A stretch of DNA of 64,000 nt, taken from assembly GCA_003971905.1 (NCBI GenBank), contig RSEE01000001.1, positions 496,001-560,000 of the forward strand, in the 5' to 3' direction. The notes under the pieces are model-generated. The model searched no databases, was not told the DNA's origin, and saw only the letters and a list, made by a program, of their open reading frames with translations. A program made the translations under genes and the position numbers. The stretch comes from Moniliella sp. 'wahieum'. Taxonomy: Eukaryota. Shown here one piece after another: positions 1 to 12,016 of this stretch (positions within the stretch are counted from its first letter, which is position 1; the number at the start of each line of letters is the position of its first letter).

Positions 1-2075
1 GCCCGATCCGGGAAGAGGTAGTGGAGATGATACAGATGCGTTGGGCTCGAGATCAGCTGTCATTGATGACTCTCCAACGACGGTTTGGACCAGAGCGGCA
101 GAAGTGCTTCTGGTGGGCGACACCGGTGACAGGACCCGGCGTTGATCCGATTGGTTTAGTACTCTGCCTGCTACAGCAAGTGGTGCGTGGGAAATGGTAT
201 GATCCGACTGGCGAAGAGAGGAGTCAAGAAGGTTAGTGCTCCTTATCAGTGTGTATGATAAGACAGTTGGACAGGAAAGTATTATCATCTCCAACAGGGC
301 CAAACTGGAAGTGCATGACGTACCGTGCTTGTCGACTTGTGCAAAGAGCGTGAGCCCCAACTTCGTACGCTGTTGAACGAAGTGAGGTGGGTGTTGTGCT
401 GTTCGAGCCGTCCAGCGGGCGCCGACACGTCATTATGCCCAGAAGGAGGCAACTTGGAGTGCACTGAATCCAGGCCATGGCTGCTCGCAGGTGTTGGTAA
501 AGACAATCTGGGCACAAGGGGGTCCCATCGTCTCCAATAAGGGGAATCGGCGTTCTGCGATCTCACTTGTGGTTCCGACTGCGTCGGGACCGGGGTTGGG
601 GCCCAAGTGGAAAGACGATGAAGGGCAGTGTGGAACTTGTACCGACGGGAACGGAGGCTGGACAGTCCCGAGGTTCGGGCAGAGTTGACAGATTGGATCC
701 ATGCCGTTCGTGTTTCTTGCCCTGCGCTCTCCCGCACCGTGGACCGAAGGTTGTTGGGTGCAACGGAATGCGATCGAGATGGCTGGGTCGACCGACTAAT
801 CAAGTCGAGTTGGTAGTTCTTCCCGCTATTGTTATCCCAATACTCTTGTCCGTCAGCAGCGAACCGGAGGCAGAGTTGGATGGAAGTGACGACGGTCTCC
901 TCCTCAAGCTCGGGAGCCATGGGGTCAAGCCACAGGTGGGGACGAATGGTGAACCCAAAGCGGTCCGCGCGGCCGCACTTGATGGTCTCTTGATGTGTGC
1001 ACCCCACCTCCCGGATTGTCTTCCAGTTATCGAGGGTGTAGCGCACGGCAACCCGCTTCTCAAACGCCAAGTTTTCCACTTGCACCGTTCCATCGAGGGA
1101 GAAAGAGTCCTCCGAGAGAGCAATCCGCTCAAGAAAGACGGGTTGGGGGAAAGCCATGGAGGAAAGTTGGGATGAGGAAGGGAAGTTGGGCATCCGCAAC
1201 ACCAACTTTGACCCGTCTCTGTTGGCCGCGAACGAAAAATGGGAGACCGCCAAGTTGATCCTTGGAAGGACAAATGACCGAGGTGGGAGGAAGGGAGAAC
1301 AGGTGTGCTCCCTAGGTTCAGGAAAGGGAAGTAAGGACGAGTCCTGAACGCATCGTTGTCGCTTTCGGTTTCCGTTTCGGTCAGATCAATGGCCGTGTCG
1401 CTGCTGACGGCCGACGGACGTGAATGGTAGTTAAACAGTTTGACTTGCTCCAAATTCGCGTCAAAGTGGACCGCCTTCATGGAGGGAGTAGAAGGTAAAC
1501 TCTTGGCCCAGACACGAGCCGGGGTTGGGGAGTTGAACCCAAAGGGGGAAAATAAAGGATCCGATTCGGCCGGGGTCTGAGCAGAACTGGGCCTCATTTT
1601 GAGCGAAGGCTTGACAAGTTCCCCCGACTTTTTCCGTACCTCGTGCGGGGTACTTGTGCGAGGGTCGTTGCTTTGTTCGAAGGGCAAGGAGGAGGGGAGA
1701 TGCTTGGTGTCGATCTGGAGGAGGCCATGTGAACTGAGATTGGGACTGCTGTAGGACTGGAGGGATCGTAGCTTCCAGCTAGCCGCTTCGAGCGCATTCT
1801 GGGTCACAATGGCTGAGTTGAATGACGCCAAGGGGGAAGTAGATTCACTGGCGGAGACCAATCCCGGTCGCCCGCCTCTCCAAAGAAGGTCGATGGGTGG
1901 TGACGAAGCGGAAGGGAAGGGATTCGGCTTGGATGGGCAAGGTGCCATTCGAGGGAGGGCACTGTTGGTGGGCTCCGTTTCCCAATCCCTTCTCAGCATT
2001 CAAGTCGGGTTGGTGGGTGGACATGGAGGTGGTAGTAGGTGACGATATGCTGGTGATGGAGCAAGCACTTGCCAT
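1..2075 (-). CDS. CBM21-domain protein phosphatase 1 glycogen-targeting regulatory subunit (Gac1/Gip2-like); 3' end probably runs off the window
   Basis: ORF 800..1999 has KKSGELVKPSLK and the RVxF-type PP1-docking motif KAVHF followed by LEQVKLF. ORF 285..1253 has CBM21 motifs GTVQVENLAFEKRVAVRYTLDNW and EYWDNNSGKNY. The two frames are joined by a frameshift near 1260. Putative intron 323..208 (GTACGT...ACTAAC...CAG), after which a frame stays open to position 1. Start uncertain (2075 or 2123). Confidence 0.85.
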
Positions 2076-3860
2076 GCTTATTAGGGGCTGTATAGCTTCG
2101 GAATGCGGCAGATCCGTCGTCATATGCGCGATGTCGATAGAAAAATGCTAGGAATCGATGTGTTCGGTAGCTGTCAATACCATATACAACTGGGGCCGTG
2201 GTGGGGGGAGGGAAGAAGAGGATGGCGATAGCAAAACAGCGAGAAGCGGGATTGGGCCGTATGTGCGACGATGTACAGGGTAAACGCAGTGTGTGATGTT
2301 ATGCTTTCGCCTGAGAGACCTGAGATCCTCGGGGGGACACGTCAAGCCACAGGTCACTAGTCAACCACTGATTTTATTGGTGGCTCGATTGCGCTACACC
2401 CAACTCTCGATCGTCGGAGCGCAGCAGTTGGTGCGACGCGAGGGCGAAAAAAAGGCAGGCGGGGCAGTGAGTGATGGTGTGCCGCCGTCGGAAGTGTGTA
2501 GTAAATGTGCTGAGATGCGGTTGCGGGACGTGAGAAGATGGATGACGATGACCGTGCTGGGGCAGCGGATGCGGCGGCGTTTTGATATCTGTGGAGAGGG
2601 GGGTTCCCCGGCAGAGGCACAGCTGGGCGAAACATGATGCCGAACCGTCAGGTATATATAGTGGGCGTTGGGGCGGTGACCGGTGACCGGTGACCCATAT
2701 CATTGGATTGCATCAGCTGTTGTATATGCGGCACGCGCCAGAGAAGGCGCTGCGGTGTCAGGATTTTTATACGCATAACGCGTAACGCGTAACGTCATTA
2801 CCGTCAATTGTTGCTTTCACGCGTCACGATGTGGTGTCTGTGCTGAGGTTGAGCGCTGAGGCGCTGAGGCCGAGGCTCGGTCTGGCTTCAAGTTGTGGTT
2901 AGGCCTTAGGGGCCTTAGGTCGAGATGTGGGCTGTGGGGTGGACAATATAGACAGGTCCTGCGTCTTCCGCTTACGGGCAAGGGATGGGGACGTGATACC
3001 AGGAAAAGCTGGGGCCGCTGTGCCTGCTGTGGCGTGTGGCATACGTGACATCACATGTGATACGCACGTGATGCAGCGCCACCGGTCACCATGCACATCA
3101 TGCATCGTACCACCGATCTTTCCATCCCACACCGACGGAGCAACACCGCCGCCGGCCGATCGCCCCGCCCAGGACGAGTGTGATGGGGGAGCGGCAGTCT
3201 AGGCACGTAGCTCTCCTTGGGTCCGTCCTGGGGCCTGGCCAGGCTGGGGTAAAATAAGTTACGCACAGCGTTCTACCGGGCTCTGCGCTCCGATCCCCCC
3301 GCCGACAGCCGCATCGCCGCGCAGGCATCCGTCGTATCCGTTCAACGTTCACATGCCACCGCCACAGCATCTCGCACCTCCCTCTCTGGGCAAGAAAATT
3401 GGCTGGGTCGTGCTACCCACATAAGGCCACAGTCATCCCCCCGCCTCCCCAACCAAGAAAATGACCGGTGAACGTCATGCTGACAAGTCAAGTCGTGTGG
3501 GGTGTGGCCCAAGGGAATGGAGTAGGAGGATTGGGCATTGAAAAAGGAATGGAAAGCCTCTACAAGAACCAGCTACTATATTCAGTCCGTGCACTGTGGT
3601 CCGGCCAAGAGAGATGCCAGCAAACACTACACACCAAAAACCCTAAAGCGGCACAATCGAATCTTCTCCTTTTTAGCGGATTCGTGTGGCGAAGGGAAGG
3701 GTACGAAACAAATATATGTGTGGTATAGTGTTGGTGGGGCCAGGGCGGGACGCAAAGAATGTAACAAAAAGAAGAGAGCGGGAGACAGGGGGTAATATAC
3801 GTCTTTGTTCGGTGAGTGAGAGGGAGATGTGGACGTGATACGGCCAACAATCTGCGGGAA

Positions 3861-6800
3861 CTAATACGTGAGCGAGGCAAGGTCGCTCAGCGCCGCAAGG
3901 CGCTCAACAATGGCCAGTGCGTGAGCAACCTGCTCCGAAGCCAACGAGCCAGGCGGAGTGGCTTTGTGGAGGTCGCGGAGGAGCAGAATGTACCGGGGTA
4001 ACCGCTGCGTCCTAACGGGCGAAAACAGGGGCGCGTTAGTTACCAACGCTGTCCCAACAGGCACGCAAGAAGGTGAGCAGTGAACGTACGGCATGATGAC
4101 AATGTCGAGGGCCGAAAGGAACTTTGGTCCCAACGGGCAGCCAGCGGCAGCGGGGGTATTGGACTTCTGGAATCCATGGGAGGAGGTGCTCGAGTCCTGC
4201 CCGGAGGGCCGACCCATGGTCGGGTCGGTCTCGTCGGTAGGTGACTGTGGGCCTTGAGGCGAATCGGGTTTTTCTGCTGTGGCAAGTGGGGGGACGGACC
4301 AAGCCGATGCGATACGGCGCGATGCGACGCTGGGGGGAACCCATGTCGAGTGCGTCAGACGCTTCCTTCCCTTCCTTTGGGAAAACAAGTGTGCGCGTCG
4401 AGATAGGCGGGGATCGAATGGGGGACGGGTAAGGTTCGGGCGATCCTTGTTCAACGGTACGGAGGCCGGTCAAAATGTCGGGCAAGGCGAAGGACCAAGC
4501 TACAAAGGTGGCCTCCATCGCTGGTGCCGCAGCCGAAAAGGCAGCAGCAACTCCTGAGGCGGTCAAGTCGGCGCGCAGGTTCTCCGAGATGGTTTGGGAG
4601 ATGGAGAGAAACATGGGCAACACATCTGAAAGAGAACGGAGATGCACGGGAAGGGCGTAGACCCCGATCGGGTTCCAATCGCCTTAACAGCAAGCCAGAG
4701 CGCTTCCAAATGGCGACAATACGACCGTTCTGTCACAGCCAGCTCCCGTAGCACAAAAAGCGCCCGGACTTCCTTGCGCCACGCTCCATCGTCCCCAAAC
4801 GCACCTCCTGGCGGACCTCCATGTTGGTTTTGGCCGGATGCCTGACCTACATGAACCAAAATGGGACACGGAGCTGGGGTCCAGGATGATAGGGAAGGCG
4901 CGCGTATGCTGCTCGAGCGCCGCGAACCAACGGGCCTGGTGGCTGGGGCAGGGTGTTCGGTATGGACCATGGGCGAGTGCCCTCCGGTGAGGTACTTGGT
5001 TGGAATATCAGGAACGGGAACGGCTGTGCCCGATGCGCCAATCGACGTAGAGCAGAGGATGGCCTGGATCGAGTCCGACAGAGTTCGACTGGCGGCAATG
5101 GAGAAGTTAGAGCAGGCTGTAGAGGCGGTCGTGTTGGAAGGCGAAGGACTCGATTCGCTCCTTGTAGATTCGCTCCAAGCTAGCATAGCACTCGACACAG
5201 CCGATGGCGAGGCTGTTGTCGTCGCAGCGGCCCGATGCAAGCTTCTCATCCGTTCCAACACGGCCAAAAACGCTTGATCGTCTGATATTTGGCTGAGATC
5301 GAGACTAGCCATTGTAGGGGCTGGAGATGGGCTTTGGTGTCATTCAATGGGGACGATAGAGACCGCAAGGGAAGAGTGGTGACTGGACTGGCCGACAAGG
5401 AGTGGTGCTTCCCCATGTTGGGTAAGGTGGCCGTGGCCAGTGGGAAAGTGTAGGGCTTGGCAATGGGTTGTGAACAGGTGGGCGGACAGACTTTGCAGTC
5501 GTAATAGGCGCCGCCTGAAGCCAGCTACTACCGTCCCGCGCTTCAGCCTCCGATGAGGCACGTTGTGCGTTTTCAGGATACCACCGGGATGAGAAGATGG
5601 ATGAATCCAATCCGGACGGCCGTGATACGGACCTATTACCAGCCAAGGGAAGCGTGCTAGGAAGCGGCTCAGTCGAGGTCAAACCTAGGGTGCTCGTCCC
5701 ATCTGACCGTATCCGGTGCAGTTCTTCCCAGGAACCCACGAGGAAGCCAGATGGCTCGGGGGGCAGAAGCGTGGAATGGGCTTTAACAGCTGGGTCTATT
5801 CCGGTCAGAGCATGGATTGCACCGACGGATTGGGGGCGCTTCAGCTGGTCTCCTGAGGGGGAGATATTCAGAAGAGTAGGAAGACTCAACCTAGGATTGC
5901 GATTGGGCGTTGAGGGCGCGGTCATCGGCATAGGACGAGGGACACGGTGAGCAGAAGTCACAATAAAAGAGGACGGGCGTTTTTGGGTGACGTCCTGCCT
6001 ATCGCTCGTTGCCGAGCGCCTGCCGGAAGGTGCGGTTGAGGTAGCTCGAGTCAAGGCATGGAGTGCTTGCACACCTCGGTTTGGAGAGCGACCGCTGGAG
6101 GGAGTGTGTCTCCGCCGAGGTCGCGGACGTGCGGACGATGGTGTCCCAGGTTCACCTACCGACCTTCGTCGGCACGGTGCCGGTCCTGCACCCTCCACCA
6201 AACCGTCCCCGCCCGATTCATCTACGGTTGGGCGGGCAAAGTCCAGCAGCGAGTAGACGCTCTTACGCCGCCTGGAACACCCCCGTTTTTTGGGCGAGGC
6301 ACGCTGGCCAGACCTGGCTGTGGGAGGAAGTCGACGAATGGCGCCAGTGCTGCTGGGTGGGGTTACCGTGGGAGTTGCTTCAGAGGGGGGAGAGGGCAAG
6401 GAGACGTGCTGATGCGGTTCAGCATCAGCAACATGGGTGCATCTGATCAGATGAGTCGCAACCCGGCCCAAGCGGCGAGGTCCGTGGGAATTTCTATGGG
6501 CCCGGTTTTTGGGTGTGACCGTGGCTAATTCGTTGTTTGACAACGCATTTGTTGGAGCAGAGGTTTGGTCCTTTACGGACACTTTGCTCGTGATGGCCAC
6601 CATCTTCGTTGCACTCTCCGTTGCACTATTGGACCCAGTGGCGGTTGGTAACAGGTTCGGAGGAAAGAGGGAACAATCTGGGTGAGAGAGGCGTTAGCAG
6701 GTTGTCAAATCACCCCCAAAGCCACAGAATTTAACGTACCGGGAACTGGGTTGTCAACTCTTCCAGATACCATGGTGGCGGTGGATGAGGCCTTCCCTTT

Positions 6801-7615
6801 CGCGTAAGCGCACGGATGAGGTTACGAGTGCTCTTTTTGGTCCCCTCATGATGGGCGGCGGCAAGTTTCTGGATGGAGCCGCAGGCGAGTTTGGCATCGA
6901 GACAGAACGTGCACCGCCTTTGTTGCATGTTGGGCGAGCAGGTGAACGTTCTGGATGGCAGGCGGGATATGTACAAGCGTTCTCTGAGGGATGGCGGAGG
7001 GATGGGAAAACGGTGGGCTGCAATTTACTGGCGTGCGGCTGGTGGGCGCAGGCATTTTCGGGGGGGTGACCTGCTCCTGTCGTTTGTGTTTCCTCAGTCG
7101 CCGGCTTTTAGTTTTGGACCGATGCGGGCGATGTTGGCCAGGGCAGCTATCCAGGCGGGGACTGTCGTCACCAGCGGGCTGGGGTTGCGAGGACAAGATG
7201 GGCCACGAACCCTGACCAGACCGGGGGTGGAGGGGCAGCGGGGCGACCGGCGCTGGTTTGGCTGCATTCTCTACGGGGGACTGGAACGCCAATCTCGGCT
7301 GAAGACGAGGGGTGAGAGTAGCGGCGGGATGTTGTATGCGTAACGCGCTGCTATTGGGACCGAGACCGGGGAAGGAAAGGAGGGAGGCAGTTGGTGGTGG
7401 GACGGGCTAAGGGCTGTGGAGGATAAATACGAGGGAGCGTTGAGGTGGGTTGGTGTGTGGGTGGTGTGGGCTCCGGGTGAAGGTAAGGGTGAGGGCGAGG
7501 GCATGGGCGAAAAGAAGTGGGACGGGCGGGCGGATGCGGTGCTTGGGGCGGGGGTGAGGGCCAGCGCAGACGCAAAGGATTCGCGACTGGTGCTGGAGCG
7601 CGTTGTAGGAGGCAT
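3861..7615 (-). CDS. Rho guanine nucleotide exchange factor (C-terminal Dbl-homology domain, long low-complexity N-terminus), paralog A
   Basis: DH motifs WRKEVRALFVLRELAVTERSYCRHLEAL (~4700-4780) and LDIVIMP|TQRLPRYILLLRDLHKATP, the latter restored by splicing intron 4089..4012 (GTACGT...ACTAAC...TAG). A second intron at 6739..6678 (GTACGT...GCTAAC...CAG) shows the gene extends upstream. Start at ATG 7615 is tentative. Confidence 0.75.
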
Positions 7616-8768
7616 GCTCGGCGAGGCCAGAGGCAGGGGCCAGAGGCGGGAGGGGTGGGGCTGGGGCTGAGGAGCGGGCTGGTGGGTGCGCAGTGAGGTT
7701 GAGCAGCTGGGTGCGCAGACGCACAGGCTCGTGGGCGGTGGCAGCCATGCAAGATGGCGGGCAGGATGGGCGCGGAGGGAAAGGGCGAGCAAAAAAAGCA
7801 GGCGCGGGGTGGTGCATGCACCGCATCTGCACCCCAAGTGGAGCAGCAGGCGGCGCAGGCGTTGCCGGCCGAACACCGGCGGAGGGGATGCGCCGGATGG
7901 TATGTGGCCCAAGCGCCATGTCTGGGCGCGCACAGCTATGCAGCCGTCTCCTCTGCCGTGGGATGCATGATGCATGGCCGGTGACCAGCATGATCGGCTG
8001 CGCCACTCGCCGCTGTGGCTGCACGGGGTTCCTGCCTGGTGCCTGCGGCAAGGGGGTGGGGCAAGGCAGGCGAGGCACAGGCGCACGCGGTGCATCGCAC
8101 AGGCAAGCACCAGAAGAGCCAGAGCCACAGGCATAGGTATGCCCCGCTTCGACAGCCTCTCTTGCCCTCCGTTCCTAACCCAGTGGCATCTGAGCTCCGG
8201 AGAGCGTCACTCGCCACTCCGCAGACAAGACTGGGAAGCGGTCTGAAGTTGACCGGTGACCGTTCTATCGGCAGGCACGCTGGACACCAAGTACTAATCG
8301 ACACATCGCCGTCGGCTTTAACTGTTCAGCACCCACTGCCACCCCAAACTGCCCCTCGACGAATGCCATCTCACTGTACCCCCGAACCGCGCCTTGCGCC
8401 TCCTACAGCCTACCACCGTCCAGGGCAGGGCAGGGTTTTGTCTGTGCCAGCCTCTCCAGCGTCCGAGAAGAGAGAAACGACAGTCTCTACAATAGCTATC
8501 AAGATGGCGTTGCCCAAAGGCAATCAATCAAAAAACATCCTCCCGCTTGCAACGAAGGGAAGCAGGACCGGATCCAGGTGTTTTTGCCCCCCCTTCTTCC
8601 ACCACCCCCCAACAGCGTGGGTCGGGGTGCGGGTACCGTATGGCTCCCACTTTGCTCGCATGTTCTTCATCTCACATGCACACCCGCCTTGGCCCAAGGA
8701 AGGTCCACAGCCGGCGCAGTGAGGAGTTGAATCGAGGCGGTTCAACGGCAAGCAGGGGCCGAGCACAG

Positions 8769-8810
8769 TGCTTCGATAGAACCATTACATGCTTCGATAG
8801 AACCATTACA
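8769..8810. repeat. Perfect tandem duplication of a 21-bp unit
   Basis: TGCTTCGATAGAACCATTACA x2 in the intergenic region. Confidence 0.9.
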
Positions 8811-9196
8811 GCCCTGGTGTGGGCAGGCAGCGAGCATGACAAGCTGACTTAGAATGTTAGTTGCGGGAGGGGGGAGGAAGGGGGGGTGGAGCGCGCCCGC
8901 CCAGATGATGCAGCGGCGGGGCAGATATAGAACGAGGTTGGCTCTTCGGAAGTTGTGCCTTTCCTTGTGTGATACCTTGATTGGGAGTGGGGGGACGACC
9001 CACCAATCTGTGACGGCTGCCGCCAAAGCACATGCTGAGCGTTCGCCATGCGATGATGTTCAAGGATACCAAGGGGAGGTGAGCCGATGGTCGAATGACG
9101 AGGCGAGTGGTGAAACGAGTGCCTTCTCCCCCCTTGCCATCAGCTCTGTGTGGAAACACAAGTAAGCACGATGAAAACGTGTGTAGCATCTCGCTT

Positions 9197-12016
9197 TTAG
9201 AGCCAAGACATTCCAATCTGTGTCTCGGTGCGGGCGTGCCTCCGCGTCCCCACCCCCACTGGTTCGTGGACTTGGCGCTCCGGCCGGAGCATGGGCATTG
9301 GAGGCAGAGCTAAGCGTTGCATGAGCCTGATGCGAGTGTGGTGCGGGAGAGGTCGTGTGCAGCCCAGATGCAGACGAGGCGCAGAAGCAGGCTCATGATG
9401 CGCGTGGTAAGTCTGTTCTGTGCCGGCGGTATGGGAGTGCAAAGGGATGGGGGCGTATGGATCATTCCCATGCACCTCCTGCTCAGCGCCGTGCCCGCTG
9501 GTACGAGGTGAGGGGTAGAAATGGCCGTGGTCATGGCCGTCGACCCCGCAAATTTGAGGATGGGAGTGGGAGTGAGGGTCATGGTCATGGTCATGGTCAT
9601 GGTCATGGTCATGGTCATGACCGCGATCATAGCCATGATTGTGGTCGTGATTATGGTCGTGATTGTGGTTGTGGTCATGGCCGCAATGCCATGATGATCC
9701 ATCGCATTGGCACCCAGCTCGTCTCGCAATTGCTCTACTGCCCCCCACTCGAAACAGAGACCAGCAGCTCGCCTGCTCGAAGGGAGCCACGAAGACGAGT
9801 GCGGGCGTAGCGGGAACTTGCTGCCGGGCAAAGAAAGCGCACCCACAGCTGGAGCACAACGTTCCCACGCCAACTGGTAACCCGCCAATCGTTCACGCTC
9901 GCCTCGGGCTGTAGAAAACACATTAACGTGAGCAACGAGCGACGGATGGACCGGGGGTACCCTTTGGCGCGCGGCCCAGCTCGCAGTCACGCCCTTGCCC
10001 GTTGCCGCCCCGACATCACACCCGCCGCGGCGGACTCAGCTGCCACCACTTTGGGAGCAGGGATGGACACTACAAGCGGATGTCTTGCAGATGCTGGAGC
10101 GCCTTGACCAGCTGCACATACGGTCCCGCAGTGGGCGGGGGCGGACTCTGGAGTAAAACCAGCCCGAGCTGCTTGGCAGCCGGAGAGGCAATCGAGAGCA
10201 TTACCACCGCTTCCAGAGGGGCCAGGACCTTATCCAGCGCAGCCACTTGTGCTGCGGGCATAGCCAGCCAGCAACCAACAACGAAGCTGAAAGAACAGCA
10301 CCATCGCTCCAAATGGGTTAGCCAACAAAGCTAGAACGGGAGCAGCCACCACCGCGCCCGGGGCGCTGCCCAAGACGAGCCCGAGCGACGATGAACTGGC
10401 GCCTTGCCCCGTCAAGGAGCCTCCAGCAGCTGTGTTCATTCCCGATGCCGCCAAGAGAGAAGCATGGTTGCGCAAGACCAAAAGCGCAAAGCTGCACATG
10501 GCCATCGCGAGCGCAATCACACTGGTTGGCAATTCTACACCCACCTCGGACTCGGCATGGGGGGCCACATGGTGTTCCCGCCACCGAGGGCCGCGGTATC
10601 GTGGCCCGTCGAACGCCACGAGCGCATGTTCGACCGACTCTTTGATCACATACACGCCCGCAACAAAAGATAAACTACTTGGGCAAATTGCCACACCGTT
10701 TCGTCCCTTGTTCGGGCATAGGGCTGGAGCAACGCGCTCGCTCGTGCTTTACCATCGACTCCAACCACGGGAGGTGGCGTGGCAGGTCCCTCGGACAGGT
10801 AGGCAACCACATCGGACCAGATGCCCATCGCATCAAACGACCAGGTACCCCAGCCCGGCCAGTGCGAGCGAGTCTCGGGTTTGTCCCAGCACCCACAGCG
10901 CTCCACCGAGAAGGAAATGAATCGTACCAAACACAGCCCGCCCACCCTGCGGGCCGCGCAGCAGGGAACAATGCGGTTGGACCAACTCGTTGGGACCGCT
11001 TGCATCAAGCGGATCGCAGGACTCTCGTCGTTTCTGGGGTGTGGACATGAGCATGGCTGTGGCTATGGTCATGGTGGTTGTGCTCGTGAGCTTGGTAGGA
11101 TACGATGAGCCGGGCACGTTGACCGCCATTGCTGTTGCCGGGCACCCCAGCGACGAGGATGGGAGTGTAGCCTCGAATTGGTACATGACTGAGGCCCGGT
11201 GTGGGTGAGATTGTTGCCGGCTCTGGGAGGAAGAAGCAGTGTGGGTGGTGGAATCTGAGGAACCAGAACGCGGAAGATCGTCCAATGAGTGCCCTCCTGG
11301 TGGGGTTAGTAGAGCATGGCCGAGGTGGAGAAGGTCAAGGAGGAATGACGTGCCAGGCCAGACGGCCCATAGGCCGAAGCCGTCACAGCCAACTGAGAAC
11401 GCGGGGCGGGGGGGAGCAGAAGTGAGGGCGTTCGAGCGGGGGTTGACATACTTGGCGTACGCGCATGCGCGGTGGAGGGTGTGCGGGCGTGAACGGGAGC
11501 GAGATAAGTAGCGCGGGCGCGCTCGGCCTCGGCCTCGGCTTCGGCCTCAGATCCGGGGCGGGGAAAGAAGACGGAGAGGTTGCGCGAGTGCGCACGGAGT
11601 GGATTCGGGAATGGGCACGCGACTCGGCGGCGTCATGGATGTGGTGGGAAGAGGGAGCACGGGAGAGGCTGCGTGCGCACCGGGTACAGTGAGCGACACG
11701 GAGCGCGTTATGCCGGGGAGGTCATAGTTGATCGCCTCTTCTTCTTGGTGCTCGTGGTCGTCGGCGCATGGGGGCGGGGTGGGGGGTGGAGAGCTGCAGC
11801 TGCTGTTGGGCGGACCACTCACGCTCGGTCTTCTCCTGGCTCTGCTTGCGGCGGTGGATCTTGAGGAGGATTGAGTTCCGCGCGGCGCCGCCGCCTCGTC
11901 CTGCGCCAGAGGTTGGGGCCCATGCTGCTGGTCATACTCGCGCGTCAGGCTGCGGACTGACTGTTTGTGGGCGCGCGAGGGAGCGGCGGTTCAGCGGCTG
12001 GCGTCAGTACGACCAT
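9197..12016 (-). CDS. Cation diffusion facilitator (CDF) zinc transporter, Zrg17-like, with His-rich segments
   Basis: Frameshifted hydrophobic segments DSLALAGLGYLVVFDAMGI, FAQVVYLL/FVAGVYVIKESVEH and LDKVLAPLEAVVMLSIASPAAKQLGLVLLQSPP resemble fungal Zrg17-type CDF proteins. C-terminal His/Asp-rich tract at ~9560-9700. Both ends are uncertain. Confidence 0.65.
9577..9618. repeat. (GGTCAT)7 microsatellite encoding His-Asp repeats on the minus strand
   Basis: ggtcatggtcatggtcat... read directly; gives HDHDHD in the 9197..9868 frame. Confidence 0.9.
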
